DNA of 64,000 nucleotides from Burkholderiales bacterium (GTDB lineage: Bacteria > Pseudomonadota > Gammaproteobacteria > Burkholderiales > SG8-39), in assembly GCA_038903735.1 (NCBI GenBank), contig JBCKLP010000001.1, positions 1,767-65,766 of the forward strand, read 5' to 3'. The translations under genes and the position numbers were made by a program. Under the pieces are notes generated by a model. That model saw only the letters and a program-made list of their open reading frames with translations. It was not told the origin of the DNA and made no database searches. Below are positions 17,191-28,137 of the stretch, piece by piece. The stretch's first letter is position 1. Each line of letters opens with the position of its first letter.

Positions 17191-18615
17191 TCATCCAGTT
17201 TTGTTGAGAACGCGGCGCGCGGCGGCACGCACCCGCGCGGGAGCAGTGCCGCCGGGATGGCGGCGCGCGGCAACCGAGCCCTCCAGGCTGAGCGCGCGAC
17301 TCACATCAGCACCTATTTTTGGCGAAAAGCGACGCAGCTCGGCAAGCGGCAGTTCGGCCAGATCGCAGGGCACGGATTCGGCGTGGCGCACGGCGCGCGC
17401 CACCACCTCATGCGCATCGCGAAAAGGCAGGCCTTTTTTGACCAGATAATCCGCCAGGTCGGTGGCCGTTGCATAACCCTCGCGCGCCGCGGCGAGCATG
17501 CGCTCCGGATGCACGCCGATTCCCGGCACCATATCGGTGAAGATCGCCAGCGTTTCGCGCAGGGTGTCGACGGCATCGAACAGCGGCTCCTTGTCCTCCT
17601 GATTGTCCTTGTTGTAGCTGAGCGGCTGGCCTTTCATCAAGGTCAGCAGCGCCATCAGGTCACCGTAGACACGCGCGGACTTGCCGCGCGCAAGCTCGGG
17701 GACATCGGGATTTTTTTTCTGCGGCATCATCGATGAGCCGGTGCAAAAGCGGTCGGGCAGGCTGATGAAGCCAAAGCGCGGGCTCATCCACAGCACCAGC
17801 TCTTCGGACAGGCGCGACAGGTGCATCATGGCCACGGCCGCACAGGCGCAGAATTCAATGGCGAAATCGCGGTCGGATACCGCGTCTATTGAATTGGCGC
17901 AAATGCCGTCGAATCCCAATTCCCGCGCCACCATCTCACGGCGGATCGGAAAGGTGGTGCCCGCCAGCGCGCCTGCGCCAAGCGGCAGGCGATTGAGCCG
18001 CTTGCGGCAGTCGAGCAGACGCTGCAGGTCGCGCTCGAACATTTCGCAGTAGGCGAGCAGGTGATGGCCGAAGGTTACCGGCTGCGCCACCTGCATATGC
18101 GTGAAGCCGGGCATGATCAGCGCGGCATGGGTCTGGGCCTGCAGGGCCAGCGCGTGCCGCAGCGAACGCAGTAGTGCGGCTATGCCATCCAGCTCGCCGC
18201 GCAGCCACAGGCGCACGTCCGTGGCCACCTGATCATTCCTGGAGCGCGCGGTATGTAGTCGTTTACCCGCCTCGCCCACCAATGCGGTAAGGCGCCGCTC
18301 GATGTTCAGGTGTACATCTTCGGCATCCAGGGACCACTCGAACGTGCCGTTCTCGATCTCCGCAGAAATGGTTTTCATGCCGCGCTCGATGGCGGCGAGG
18401 TCGCGCCCGGTGATGATCCCGCTTGCTGCCAGCATGCGCGCGTGCGCCAGCGAGCCGCGGATGTCTTCGCGCGCCAGGCGCTGATCAAAACCCACCGACG
18501 CGGTGTAGCGCTTGACCCGCTCGGCGACAGGCTCCGCAAAACGCCCCGACCATGCGGCGCCGGCCGGCTCGGTTGTGCGGGAATTCTTCCTGGCAGGCGG
18601 GGATTTTCTTGGCAT
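17191..18615 (-). CDS. argH: argininosuccinate lyase
   Basis: WSGRF N-terminus, SRNDQVATD, and the fumarate-lyase signature [11 protein letters not shown]. Confidence 0.92.
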   Translation of the reverse strand: MPRKSPPARKNSRTTEPAGAAWSGRFAEPVAERVKRYTASVGFDQRLAREDIRGSLAHARMLAASGIITGRDLAAIERGMKTISAEIENGTFEWSLDAEDVHLNIERRLTALVGEAGKRLHTARSRNDQVATDVRLWLRGELDGIAALLRSLRHALALQAQTHAALIMPGFTHMQVAQPVTFGHHLLAYCEMFERDLQRLLDCRKRLNRLPLGAGALAGTTFPIRREMVARELGFDGICANSIDAVSDRDFAIEFCACAAVAMMHLSRLSEELVLWMSPRFGFISLPDRFCTGSSMMPQKKNPDVPELARGKSARVYGDLMALLTLMKGQPLSYNKDNQEDKEPLFDAVDTLRETLAIFTDMVPGIGVHPERMLAAAREGYATATDLADYLVKKGLPFRDAHEVVARAVRHAESVPCDLAELPLAELRRFSPKIGADVSRALSLEGSVAARRHPGGTAPARVRAAARRVLNKTG

Positions 18616-18721
18616 AAAATGGTAGGAACCTGATCGGCAAAGCAGCAAAACGCACCGCGACGGGATACCGCCCGGTACATCCGGATTTTCTATCGTCTCA
18701 ACCTGGCCCGCGCTTTCATCA

Positions 18722-19762
18722 TTGAACGCTTATCAGCCCGCTTATCAGCCTAAGAGTATAAGGCAAACATTCGGCGGCCCTCCCGATTTCCGCAATCTGG
18801 GTGTGGTGGTTCGCGTGCTGCTGGCGGCCAATTTTGCAGGCCTCCTAGCCGCCTTGTTGCGCTCGAATACGCTGCGCGAGGTACCGGATCAGTTCATGCA
18901 GATTGCGACAGTTTTGGAGCCTGCTCTGCTGGCCACGCTGGTTTGCCTCAATTTGCTCAACAGCCTGTTGCGCGCGGCGGGATTTCTCGCGGGACTGGCG
19001 ATCATCCTGGTGCTTGCCAGCGGCATTGCCGCGGGAGTCGCTGCAGGATTGAGGAAGCTCGGACTGGACCAGACGAACCTGGCTTGGAGCGCCGCTTATG
19101 CGGTGCTGCTTGCGTTGTTGCTTTCCGGATACTTTCGCCTGCGCGAGAAGGCTTTCTCCCCGGCACTGGCCGAGGCGCGCCTGCAGGCCCTGCAGGCGCG
19201 CATCCGCCCGCACTTTCTGTTCAACAGCATCAATGCGGTGTTGTCCCTGATGCGTCGCGACGCGAGGCGTGCGGAAACGGCGCTGGAAGATATGGCCGAG
19301 TTGTTCCGCAGCGTCATGACCGACAATCGCAATCTGGTCACCCTCGGCGAGGAGATCATGTTGACCCGTCGTTACCTGGAACTGGAGCACCTGCGGCTGG
19401 GTGATCGCCTGCAGGTGGAATGGCACGTGGACCCGGGCTGCACGCCGGCACTGGTGCCGGCCATGTTGCTGCAGCCGCTGGTGGAAAACGCGGTGTATCA
19501 CGGCATCGAACCGGGAGCGGAGCCCGGCAGGATCGAAATCAGCGTGCAGCGCGAGGGGGATAATCTGCGCTTGGAGCTGTTCAATCCTTATTGGCCGGAG
19601 CACCAGCATCGCCAGGGTAACCGCATGGCATTGGCCAATATCAGCGAGCGCCTGGCCCTGCACTTTGACCTGGAAGCAAGGCTCGAGACCTCAATTGTCG
19701 GCGAGCGCTTTCGCATTTTCATCTCGATCCCGTGGCGCGCCGGCGCGCAGGGAGCCTCATGA
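18722..19762 (+). CDS. algZ: LytS/AlgZ(FimS)-type sensor histidine kinase
   Basis: Multi-pass N-terminus, the His-kinase motif [14 protein letters not shown], and an ATPase domain. It is divergent from argH and upstream of a LytTR regulator and hemC, as in Pseudomonas. Apparent TTG start. Confidence 0.7.
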   Translation: MNAYQPAYQPKSIRQTFGGPPDFRNLGVVVRVLLAANFAGLLAALLRSNTLREVPDQFMQIATVLEPALLATLVCLNLLNSLLRAAGFLAGLAIILVLASGIAAGVAAGLRKLGLDQTNLAWSAAYAVLLALLLSGYFRLREKAFSPALAEARLQALQARIRPHFLFNSINAVLSLMRRDARRAETALEDMAELFRSVMTDNRNLVTLGEEIMLTRRYLELEHLRLGDRLQVEWHVDPGCTPALVPAMLLQPLVENAVYHGIEPGAEPGRIEISVQREGDNLRLELFNPYWPEHQHRQGNRMALANISERLALHFDLEARLETSIVGERFRIFISIPWRAGAQGAS

Positions 19763-20526
19763 GCGAACCTCTGCGCATTCTGCTGGTGGATGATGAGGCG
19801 CCTGCGCGGGATCGGTTGCGGGTCATTCTCTCCGATTGTGCCGATGAAGTGCCCAATCTCGTTGTGGGCGAGGCCGCAGGCGGCATCCAGGCGCTGGCCT
19901 TGATGCCTGATTGCCAGGCGCAGCTGGCGCTGGTGGATATCCATATGCCCGGCATGAGTGGCATCGAATTCGCTCGCCACCTGCAGGTTCTGGAAGCGCC
20001 GCCGGTAGTGATATTCGTCACCGCGGACGACCAGTACGCGGTGCAGGCTTTCGAGCTCAATGCCATCGACTATCTGCTCAAGCCGGTGCGCGCGACGCGC
20101 CTGGCCGAGGCACTGCAGAAGTTCGCCGGCGGCAGTGGTGCCGGCCGGGAGCAACTGGCGCGCGCCGATCCCGGGCCGCGGCGCTTTTTCAGCGCAGCCG
20201 AACGGGGAAAGGTGCACCTGGTACCGGTCGAGGAGGTGCTTTTTCTGAGAGCGGAATTGAAATACGTCACCGCTCACACCCAGGCGCGTGAATATCTGAT
20301 CGAGGACTCACTCAACCAGATAGAGCAGGAATCGCTGGGGCGCTTCGTGCGCGTGCATCGCAACTGCCTGGTTGCTGCCGAGCGGATTCGAGGCGCCGAG
20401 CGGCTGGCAAGCGAAGGGGGCGACGGGGATGCCGGCCACTGGGCGGTACGGCTGGAGGGTTATGCAGAGCTGATTCCCGTCAGCAGGCGCCAATGGAGCG
20501 CGGTGAAGGTGCTGGTGAAACGCTGA
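19759..20526 (+). CDS. algR: LytTR-family response regulator (AlgR-like)
   Basis: Receiver domain (RILLVDDEAPAR, D at VDIHMPG) plus a LytTR C-terminus (FVRVHRNCLV). The ATG overlaps the kinase stop. Confidence 0.8.
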   Translation: MSEPLRILLVDDEAPARDRLRVILSDCADEVPNLVVGEAAGGIQALALMPDCQAQLALVDIHMPGMSGIEFARHLQVLEAPPVVIFVTADDQYAVQAFELNAIDYLLKPVRATRLAEALQKFAGGSGAGREQLARADPGPRRFFSAAERGKVHLVPVEEVLFLRAELKYVTAHTQAREYLIEDSLNQIEQESLGRFVRVHRNCLVAAERIRGAERLASEGGDGDAGHWAVRLEGYAELIPVSRRQWSAVKVLVKR

Positions 20527-20597
20527 GGGGCGCACAGGCTGCGGCCTGCTCTGCCCGTGGGTCAATGGCCCGCTGGCCCGCTGGCCCGCCTCAAACA

Positions 20598-21161
20598 TCA
20601 ACGGCCGCCTGGCTTGCCACGCGCACGTAGAGCCGCGAGCGCGGTGTTGATACGTTCATCGATATAGGCGCCATAAAAATCCCTGCTTTGATAAGCAACC
20701 AAGGGCTCGGCCAGCACCTCGCCCTGGGGGCCGAGTAGCAACACCGTGGGCATGATGCGGATGCGGTAGTGGCGTGCCAGTTCGGCCTGGGTGCTTGCTC
20801 GTCCCGAAAAATCCCGGAGCGGCGTTTTCAGATCGACATCCACCTGGAAAAACATGACTTTTTTCTGATATCCGGCATTGCGCTGCATCGGCAACAGGTA
20901 ATCGCGTCGCAAGCGTTCACAGAATTGGCAGCCGGTTTCGCTGAACAACACCAGCAGGGGGCGGCCTTCGCTTGCGGCTGCTGCGGCGGCTGCGCCCAGG
21001 TCGGTGGGTTGCGGCAGGTGCGCGGGTGCCTGCGCCAGCGCAGCCGGCAAGTGTGCACATGCTAATATCGACGCACATGCAAATATTCTGCATGCGGCCC
21101 TTCCGGCAAGCGCGGCGCGCCCGCTGGCTTGCCCTGGCACACCACTGATCCATTTGAACAT
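20598..21161 (-). CDS. periplasmic thioredoxin-fold protein (CxxC)
   Basis: About 187 aa with a signal-peptide-like N-terminus and [17 protein letters not shown]. The start is uncertain (ATG 21161 or GTG 21140). The track ORF's long N-terminal extension is antisense to hemC and was rejected. Confidence 0.6.
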   Translation of the reverse strand: MFKWISGVPGQASGRAALAGRAACRIFACASILACAHLPAALAQAPAHLPQPTDLGAAAAAAASEGRPLLVLFSETGCQFCERLRRDYLLPMQRNAGYQKKVMFFQVDVDLKTPLRDFSGRASTQAELARHYRIRIMPTVLLLGPQGEVLAEPLVAYQSRDFYGAYIDERINTALAALRARGKPGGR

Positions 21162-22071
21162 CGACCGCCTCGTCATCGCATCCCGCGAAAGCCGGCTCGC
21201 CATGTGGCAGGCACGGCATGTGCAGGACGCCTTGCGGCAATTATATCCGGCGTGCGCGATCGAGATTCTGGGCATGAGCACCCAGGGCGACCGGATACTG
21301 GATGTCACCCTGGCGAAAATTGGCGGCAAGGGCCTGTTCGTCAAGGAACTGGAATCGGCGATCCTCGATGGTCGGGCGGATTTCGCTGTGCATTCGGCCA
21401 AGGATGTGCCCATGGTGCTGCCGCCGGGCTTCTGTCTCGCGGCCATGCTGCCACGTGAGGATCCGCGTGATTGCCTGGTATCAGGACGCTTTGCCAGCCT
21501 TGAGGATCTCCCCCGCGGGGCGCGCGTGGGCAGCTCCAGCCTGCGGCGCGAGGCACAGTTGCGCGAACGCTTTTCCCACCTGCAGGTGGTGCCGGTGCGC
21601 GGCAATCTGGATACGCGCCTGGCAAAGCTCGACCGCGGCGAGTACGACGCCCTGGTGCTGGCTGTCGCGGGAATGAAACGCCTCGGGCTGGAGGAGCGCA
21701 TTCGCACTTACATTGCGCCCGAGCACAGCCTTCCCGCGCCAGGCCAGGGTGCGCTCGCAATCGAATGCCGCGACGATGCGCCCGACCTGATCGCCCTGCT
21801 TGCCGCGCTGAACGATGCCAAAACGGATGCCTGCGTGCGCGCCGAGCGCGCTCTGAGCCGCGCTCTCTCGGGTAGCTGCCAGCTCCCGCTGGGCGCCTAC
21901 GCGACTATTGAGGCTGGCGTGTTGCTGCTGCGAGGTCTGGTGGCCACGCCCGACGGCGGCACCGTGTTGCGTGCCGAGATCAGCGGTGCGCCTGGCGAGG
22001 CCGAGAACTTGGGGCAGGCCCTGGGTGCCACCTTGCGCGCCAAGGGTGCGGACCGCATTCTTGCTGGCTAG
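21154..22071 (+). CDS. hemC: hydroxymethylbilane synthase (porphobilinogen deaminase)
   Basis: [18 protein letters not shown] near the N-terminus. The TTG at 21154 is the nearest plausible start. The ATG at 21004 would overlap the opposite-strand gene by ~160 nt. Confidence 0.85.
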   Translation: MNIDRLVIASRESRLAMWQARHVQDALRQLYPACAIEILGMSTQGDRILDVTLAKIGGKGLFVKELESAILDGRADFAVHSAKDVPMVLPPGFCLAAMLPREDPRDCLVSGRFASLEDLPRGARVGSSSLRREAQLRERFSHLQVVPVRGNLDTRLAKLDRGEYDALVLAVAGMKRLGLEERIRTYIAPEHSLPAPGQGALAIECRDDAPDLIALLAALNDAKTDACVRAERALSRALSGSCQLPLGAYATIEAGVLLLRGLVATPDGGTVLRAEISGAPGEAENLGQALGATLRAKGADRILAG

Positions 22072-22077
22072 GCGCTG

Positions 22078-22848
22078 ATGGGCGCACGCCTCAAAGCCTG
22101 CGGCATTCTGATCATCCGGCCGGCAGGTCTTGGCAATGCGCTGGCGGAAAAGATCCGCGCGGAACAGGGTGAAGCCATTCTGCTGCCGGCGATTGACATC
22201 CTTCCCGCGGCACGCCCGGCGCGCCTGGCCCTGTTGATTGCCCGCCTGCATACCTTCGATTGGGCGATTTTTATCAGTCCGACAGCGGTGCGCGAAGGCA
22301 TACGCAGGGTGCGCGAGCGCCGGCACTGGCCACCTGGGGTGCGTCTGGCCGCTGTGGGGCGTGGCACCGCCGAGGCGCTGCTGGAATCAGGTTTCGGCGA
22401 GGTACTGGCGCCGGCTCCGCCCGGAGACAGTGCCGCCCTCGCGGCGCTGGGCGAATTGCAGGAGATCGTTGGCCAGAACGTGCTCATATTCCGTGGTGAT
22501 GGCGGCCGCGAAGTACTGGGCCGCACCTTGGCCGCGCGTGGGGCACGCGTGGAGTATGCCGAGTGCTATCGGCGCGCGCGGCCTGCCCTGGATTTGACGG
22601 CGTTGCTGAGTCGCTGGCGCGCCGGCGCGGTGCATGCGATCTGCGCTGCCAGCAGTGAAGCACTCACCAATCTGCGCGCTCTGGCCGGGCCGGCGGATGC
22701 GGCACTGCTGTTGGAAACGCCGGTTTTCGTGCCGCACCCGCGCATTGCCGAGTCTGCACGTGAGCTGGGATATTCCCGGGTGATTGTGATTATCGGCGGC
22801 GACGCAGCAACGGCGGAAGGTCTTGCCGCCTTTTTTGCTAAAGTGTGA
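22078..22848 (+). CDS. hemD: uroporphyrinogen-III synthase
   Basis: 256 aa, positioned directly after hemC, with the typical weakly conserved HemD pattern. Confidence 0.8.
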   Translation: MGARLKACGILIIRPAGLGNALAEKIRAEQGEAILLPAIDILPAARPARLALLIARLHTFDWAIFISPTAVREGIRRVRERRHWPPGVRLAAVGRGTAEALLESGFGEVLAPAPPGDSAALAALGELQEIVGQNVLIFRGDGGREVLGRTLAARGARVEYAECYRRARPALDLTALLSRWRAGAVHAICAASSEALTNLRALAGPADAALLLETPVFVPHPRIAESARELGYSRVIVIIGGDAATAEGLAAFFAKV

Positions 22849-22872
22849 ACAGTACGATATGAATGCATACCG

Positions 22873-23940
22873 ATGAACCAGCCGGCAAATCACGACGATG
22901 GGAAGGAGCCGGCTGCGCCTGAACGCCCTGCGCCGTCTGCGCCCGCGAATTCTCCTGCCGCAGCACATACGCCCCGATGGATGGCGGGCATCTCGCTGTT
23001 GCTGGCTGTGGCGCTGCTTTGGCTCTGGAATGACACCCGGATCGAAGTGACGACGCTGCGCCAGGAACTGGCGGGCAAATTGCGCGAGACCGATTCGGAC
23101 AGCCGGGATGCACGTGCTGCAGCGCGCCAGGCGCAGGAGGTGGCACGCGACATGCAGACGCGCATTATCACGCTGGAATCGCGCCTGGCTGAATCGCATA
23201 GCCAGCAACTGGCGCTTGAATCGCTTTATCAGGAAATCGCCCGTGGTCGCGACGAATGGGTGCTGGCCGAGGTCGAACAGATTCTGGCGATTGCCGCGCA
23301 GCAATTGCAGCTGGCCGGTAACGTGCAGGCGGCGCTGGTCGCACTGCAGACGGCGGATGCTCGCCTTGCACGATCCGAGCGGCCGCAGCTGGTTTCGGTG
23401 CGCAGGGCCATGGCGCGCGACATTGAGAGGCTAAAGGCATCGCCTCTTGTCGATGTGGTCGGCATGGCGCTGAAAATCGACCAGGTCATTGCCGTGGTCG
23501 ACAGCCTGCCATTGGCCTCCGATGAGCGGGCAGCACCTACACCGGTGGAAGCTCGCGACGAAGGTTTCTGGCGGCGGCTGGGCGGGGGCTTGCTGGATGA
23601 ATTGCGACAACTGGTGAGGGTGCGCAATATCGAACAGGGCGATGCGCCCTTGCTGGCGCCGACGCAGGCTTACTTCCTGCGTCAGAACCTGCATCTGCGG
23701 CTGCTCAATGCGCGCCTGGCCCTGCTGGACCGGAATGAAACCTTGCTGCGCGCGGACCTGGCGGCGGCCAATGCCTGGCTGACGCGCTACTTCGATACAC
23801 GCGCAAAACCGGTGCTGGCTGCCGGTGCAACGCTCAAGCAGGTTTCCGCAAGCGCCATCAGCATCGACATACCCAGCGTCGCCGAGAGCCTTGCTGCCGT
23901 GCGCAGCTTCAAGTCTGCCCACGACAAATCGGCGCGGTGA
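22873..23940 (+). CDS. hemX: HemX-like membrane protein (uroporphyrinogen-III C-methyltransferase-annotated family)
   Basis: 355 aa with one N-terminal TM segment followed by a long coiled region. Called from its position after hemD. Confidence 0.7.
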   Translation: MNQPANHDDGKEPAAPERPAPSAPANSPAAAHTPRWMAGISLLLAVALLWLWNDTRIEVTTLRQELAGKLRETDSDSRDARAAARQAQEVARDMQTRIITLESRLAESHSQQLALESLYQEIARGRDEWVLAEVEQILAIAAQQLQLAGNVQAALVALQTADARLARSERPQLVSVRRAMARDIERLKASPLVDVVGMALKIDQVIAVVDSLPLASDERAAPTPVEARDEGFWRRLGGGLLDELRQLVRVRNIEQGDAPLLAPTQAYFLRQNLHLRLLNARLALLDRNETLLRADLAAANAWLTRYFDTRAKPVLAAGATLKQVSASAISIDIPSVAESLAAVRSFKSAHDKSAR

Positions 23941-23977
23941 GCCTGGGGATGCGCCCGCAGATTGTTCGGAGCGCGGC

Positions 23978-25198
23978 ATGAGGGGCTTGCTGTGGGTGGT
24001 GGGCGCCTTCGCGGCCGCGGTGGCTCTGTCGCTGGCCCTGCAGGGCGATGGTTACGTTCTGGTAACCCTGCCACCCTGGCGTGTCGAGGTGTCCCTGGTG
24101 TTCGCCATCGCCGTGCTGCTGGCGCTGTTCTGGGCCGCTTATATTGGCATTCGGCTGGCTGCACACACGCTGGCGCTACCGGCGCATGTGCGCGCATTCT
24201 GGCAGCGCCGGCGCGCCGCGGCTGCACGCAAGGCCTTTCTCACCGCGCTGCAGTCGCAACTGGAAGGGCGTTACGCGCGGGTGGAGAAATTTGCCGGAGA
24301 GTCCTGGGAGAAAGGGGAAAACCCCGCGCTTTCCTGCCTGATCGCCGCGCGTGCCGCGCAGCGCCGGCATGATTTCAAGCGACGCGACGAATGGCTTGAT
24401 CGTGCCCAGGCCGGCGATCCGGAATGGCGCAATGCGCGCCTGTCGCTGCAAGCCGAGCTGCTCATCGAGGAGCGCCGTTACGAGGATGCGAAACGGGTCA
24501 TCAGGCAGTTGCATGCCGGCGGGTTGCGGCACCTCTCCAGCCAGCAATTGCTGCTGCGCTGCGAACAGGCTTTGGGCAACTGGGAGGAGGTAATCCGCCT
24601 GGCGCAACTGCTTGCCAAGCGCAACGCGATGACCCCGGAGGCGCTTGCGGGTGTCCTCAGCGGCGCCCATGTCGCGCAGCTTGCGCGGCTGGTGAAAGAC
24701 CCGGCGCGTCTTGCGCAATACTGGCGCGCACTGTCTGCCGCACAGCGCGCCAATGTACGCGTAGCCTCGGCCGCGGCGCGCGCATTCATCGAACAGGGTG
24801 ATGGCACGATGGCACGACGCGTGATCGAGAACGCGCTGGAGGCGGGCTGGGACGAGGAACTGGTGCTCCTTTACGGTAATTGCGCCGGCGCGGATACCAT
24901 GGCCCGTATCGAGCGCTGCGAGGCCTGGTTGCAGGCACAAGCGCGGGACCCCGCGTTGCTGCTGGTGCTGGGAGAGCTGTGCAGCGAGCGCGAATTGTGG
25001 GGCAAGGCGCAAAGCTATCTGGAGGCCAGCCAGGCCGCGCGGCCGTCGCGGTCCGCGCACATTGCGCTGGCACGGCTGTTCGAGAAGATCGGTCGGGTGG
25101 AAGACGCCAATCGCGAGTATCGCGCCAGTGCTGCGGAGGCACCTATTGATCATTCCCAAAAACATGTCAGCCTCGTCAGAGGCATGTTTTTGTCATGA
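23978..25198 (+). CDS. hemY: HemY-like TPR membrane protein
   Basis: Starts MRGLLWVVGAFAAAVAL, has two N-terminal TM segments and TPR-like repeats. Called from its position after hemX. Confidence 0.7.
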   Translation: MRGLLWVVGAFAAAVALSLALQGDGYVLVTLPPWRVEVSLVFAIAVLLALFWAAYIGIRLAAHTLALPAHVRAFWQRRRAAAARKAFLTALQSQLEGRYARVEKFAGESWEKGENPALSCLIAARAAQRRHDFKRRDEWLDRAQAGDPEWRNARLSLQAELLIEERRYEDAKRVIRQLHAGGLRHLSSQQLLLRCEQALGNWEEVIRLAQLLAKRNAMTPEALAGVLSGAHVAQLARLVKDPARLAQYWRALSAAQRANVRVASAAARAFIEQGDGTMARRVIENALEAGWDEELVLLYGNCAGADTMARIERCEAWLQAQARDPALLLVLGELCSERELWGKAQSYLEASQAARPSRSAHIALARLFEKIGRVEDANREYRASAAEAPIDHSQKHVSLVRGMFLS

Positions 25199-25243
25199 AT
25201 TATGAATTTCTCGATAATTACTGAAATGCTGCGCCGCCGCCAT

Positions 25244-25894
25244 TCAGCCCAGCAGTTCTTGCAGGCGGATCACGGCACTGTCGGGGCTGCTCAGCATGGG
25301 CGAGGGCAGGACCTGGCGTGCGCGAGTCGCGGCACGCGCCATGGAAAATTGCGCCAGCAGCACCGCATCGCAGGGTTTAATGGCGCTGAGTGCGGCGGCG
25401 ATCATGGCGTCGTGAGCCTCTGCCTTACCTGCCGCGAGCGCATCCATTGCGCCGGGAACATGCAGCGATTGAATGTGAACCGTTTTGCCGCGTGCACGGG
25501 CCAGCGCCCGCAACTCGTCCTCCATCGAGGCGATGGAGGGCTCGAAGGTGGCCACGATGGCCAATCCCGGCCCCATGGCAAGCGCCTCTTCGAGCATGGC
25601 TTGGTTGGGTTTGAGCACCGGGATGCGCACGCACCTCGCTGCCGCTTCGATGGCCGCGCCAAAGGCCGAGCAGGTAAACAGGATCGCATCCGCGCCGCTG
25701 GCTTCGCTGTAACGCGCCAGGGTTTCGAAGCGCTGGATCATGGCCGTATCCAGTTGTCCGCGGGCGGCAAGGTCTGCAGACAGCGAGTCCTCCAGCAAAT
25801 TGGTGGTGCGGACCGCCGGCCATAAACGGGCAAATGCCTCGCGGACCGGTTCGATTGCCAGTGCCGTGGCATGTATCAGGGCGATTCGTTTCAT
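25244..25894 (-). CDS. Asp/Glu/hydantoin racemase family protein
   Basis: 216 aa. The two-lobed pattern with ILFTCSAFG and AVLLAQFSM resembles this family. Confidence 0.5.
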   Translation of the reverse strand: MKRIALIHATALAIEPVREAFARLWPAVRTTNLLEDSLSADLAARGQLDTAMIQRFETLARYSEASGADAILFTCSAFGAAIEAAARCVRIPVLKPNQAMLEEALAMGPGLAIVATFEPSIASMEDELRALARARGKTVHIQSLHVPGAMDALAAGKAEAHDAMIAAALSAIKPCDAVLLAQFSMARAATRARQVLPSPMLSSPDSAVIRLQELLG

Positions 25895-25901
25895 AAGGCT
25901 C

Positions 25902-26831
25902 TCAGCTTTCCCCCAGCCAGTCGCGTGGGCTCAGAAAATCCCGGTAAAAGCGTTCTTCCTTGCTACCCTCCGGTGGGCGCCAGTCATACCGCCATTTCAC
26001 GATAGGCGGCAGGGACATCAGGATCGATTCGGTGCGCCCGCCGGACTGCAATCCGAATAATGTGCCGCGATCCCAGACCAGGTTGAACTCCACATAGCGC
26101 CCGCGGCGGTAGGCCTGAAAATCACGCTCGCGCTCACCGAATGTGAGCGCGCGGCGCTTCGCCAGAATCGGCAGGTAGGCCGGCAGAAAATGGTCGCCCA
26201 CGCTTCGGGTCAAGGCGAAACTTTGCGCGAATCCGGGCTCATGCAGATCGTCGTAGAAAATTCCGCCGATGCCGCGCGGCTCGCCGCGGTGCTTGAGAAA
26301 GAAATATTCGTCACACCAGCGTTTATAGCGTGCATGGCAATCGCCGCCGAATGGCGCGAGCGCGTCCCGGCAGGCGCCGTGAAACTGGCGGCAGTCCTCC
26401 GCGAATCCGTAATAGGGAGTGAGGTCCATGCCGCCCCCGAACCAGAAAACCGGGTCTTTGCCAGGCGCTGTGATCTGCAGGAAGCGCACATTCATGTGCA
26501 CCGTCGGGCAATAGGGATTGCGCGGATGCAACACCAGCGATACGCCCATGGCCTCAAAGTCTCGGCCGGCGAGTTCAGGCCTGGCGGCCGTGGCAGACGG
26601 CGGCAGCCGGGCCCCGCTCACATGCGAGAAAGCGACACCACCACGCTCGAAAAGCGCGCCATCCTCGATGATGCGGGTGTCGCCGCCACCCCCCAGTCCG
26701 GAAGGCTCATCTTTTGCGCGTTCCCAGGCATCACTGGTGAAGCGGCCCCCGTCAGCCTTTTCCAGCGCCTCGACAATACGCACCTGCAAACCGAGCAGGT
26801 AGCGTTTCACCTCGCCGGAATCGGAATGCAT
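25902..26831 (-). CDS. hemF: oxygen-dependent coproporphyrinogen III oxidase
   Basis: 309 aa with [13 protein letters not shown] and [10 protein letters not shown] motifs. Confidence 0.92.
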   Translation of the reverse strand: MHSDSGEVKRYLLGLQVRIVEALEKADGGRFTSDAWERAKDEPSGLGGGGDTRIIEDGALFERGGVAFSHVSGARLPPSATAARPELAGRDFEAMGVSLVLHPRNPYCPTVHMNVRFLQITAPGKDPVFWFGGGMDLTPYYGFAEDCRQFHGACRDALAPFGGDCHARYKRWCDEYFFLKHRGEPRGIGGIFYDDLHEPGFAQSFALTRSVGDHFLPAYLPILAKRRALTFGERERDFQAYRRGRYVEFNLVWDRGTLFGLQSGGRTESILMSLPPIVKWRYDWRPPEGSKEERFYRDFLSPRDWLGES

Positions 26832-26857
26832 GCTGTGCGGGCTCGGGCCGGGGGGCC

Positions 26858-28135
26858 TCAGGACTGGCGGGGAGTGAGCGCGCGATGACCTATGTCGCGG
26901 CGGAACTGCATGCCATCAAAGTGGATGCCCTCGATGAGCGCGTAGGCGCGACGCTGCGCCACCTTGATCGAATCGCCCAGCGATGTGACGCATAAAACCC
27001 GGCCGCCGTCGCTTAGAACCTTGCCCTCGCGCAACACAGTGCCAGCCTGGAAGACGTGAAAGTCTTCCTCGCCGGCGGGCAGCGCGCCGATGACATCACC
27101 CTTGCGCGGCGCTTCCGGATAACCGTGCGCGGCGAGCACCACGCCCAGCGCTGCGCGCCTGTCCCACTCGACCTGGGCCGTGTCCAGACGGCCCTCGAGC
27201 GCATTTTCTATCAGCTCGAACAGATCGCTTTTCAGGCGCAGCATGATGGGCTGCGTTTCCGGGTCGCCCAGCCGGCAATTGAATTCGAGCACCGTGGGCA
27301 CGCCGTCCTTGCCTATCATCAGGCCGGCGTAGAGAAAGCCGGTATAGGGCGTGCCGGCCGCGGCCATGCCGTTCATGAGCGGTTGTATGACTTCGCGCAT
27401 CACCCGGGCATGTATTTTCGGAGTGATCACCGGGGCCGGTGAATAGGCGCCCATGCCGCCGGTATTGGGCCCTTCGTCACCATCGCGCAAGCGCTTGTGG
27501 TCCTGGCTGGTGGCCAGCGAAAGCACATTGTGGCCGTCGCACATGACTATGAAACTGGCCTCCTCGCCGTCGAGAAAATCCTCGATGACCACACGCTGCC
27601 CGGCGTTGCCCATGGCCTTGTCGATCAGCATCCAGTCGATGGCGCGGTGCGCCTCTTCCCGAGTATTGGCCACTACCACGCCCTTGCCGGCCGCCAGTCC
27701 ATCGGCTTTGATGACAATCGGCACCGGCTTGCTGTCCACATAGGCATGGGCCGCATCCCCATCGGAAAAAGCGGCGAATCCGGCGGTGGGAATGCCATGG
27801 GTCTGCATGAAATTCTTGGCAAACTCCTTGGAGCTTTCCAGCCGTGCGCAGGCCTGTGACGGGCCGAAGATGCGCAGCCCGCGGGCGCGGAAAAAATCCA
27901 CTATCCCCTCGGCCAGCGGCGCTTCCGGTCCAACCACGGTCAGATGAATGGGTTCGCTGGCCGCGAAATCGGCAAGCGCAGCCATGTCGGTGAGCGGCAG
28001 ATTTTTCACCCCGGTTTCGCCGGCGGTGCCGGCATTACCGGGCGCCACATAGACCATCTGCACCCGCGGGCTTTGCGCCAGCCGCCAGGCGATGGCATGC
28101 TCGCGTCCTCCATTACCGATAACAAGTAGCTTCAT
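26858..28135 (-). CDS. purD: phosphoribosylamine--glycine ligase
   Basis: 425 aa starting [19 protein letters not shown], with an ATP-grasp core. Confidence 0.95.
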   Translation of the reverse strand: MKLLVIGNGGREHAIAWRLAQSPRVQMVYVAPGNAGTAGETGVKNLPLTDMAALADFAASEPIHLTVVGPEAPLAEGIVDFFRARGLRIFGPSQACARLESSKEFAKNFMQTHGIPTAGFAAFSDGDAAHAYVDSKPVPIVIKADGLAAGKGVVVANTREEAHRAIDWMLIDKAMGNAGQRVVIEDFLDGEEASFIVMCDGHNVLSLATSQDHKRLRDGDEGPNTGGMGAYSPAPVITPKIHARVMREVIQPLMNGMAAAGTPYTGFLYAGLMIGKDGVPTVLEFNCRLGDPETQPIMLRLKSDLFELIENALEGRLDTAQVEWDRRAALGVVLAAHGYPEAPRKGDVIGALPAGEEDFHVFQAGTVLREGKVLSDGGRVLCVTSLGDSIKVAQRRAYALIEGIHFDGMQFRRDIGHRALTPRQS

Positions 28136-28137
28136 GG

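Noticed and set aside
20598-21707. 369-aa version of the thioredoxin-like ORF
   Set aside because: The N-terminal ~180 residues are low-complexity Arg/Ser/Pro-rich sequence antisense to hemC. A signal-peptide-like start at 21161 or 21140 gives a sensible protein.
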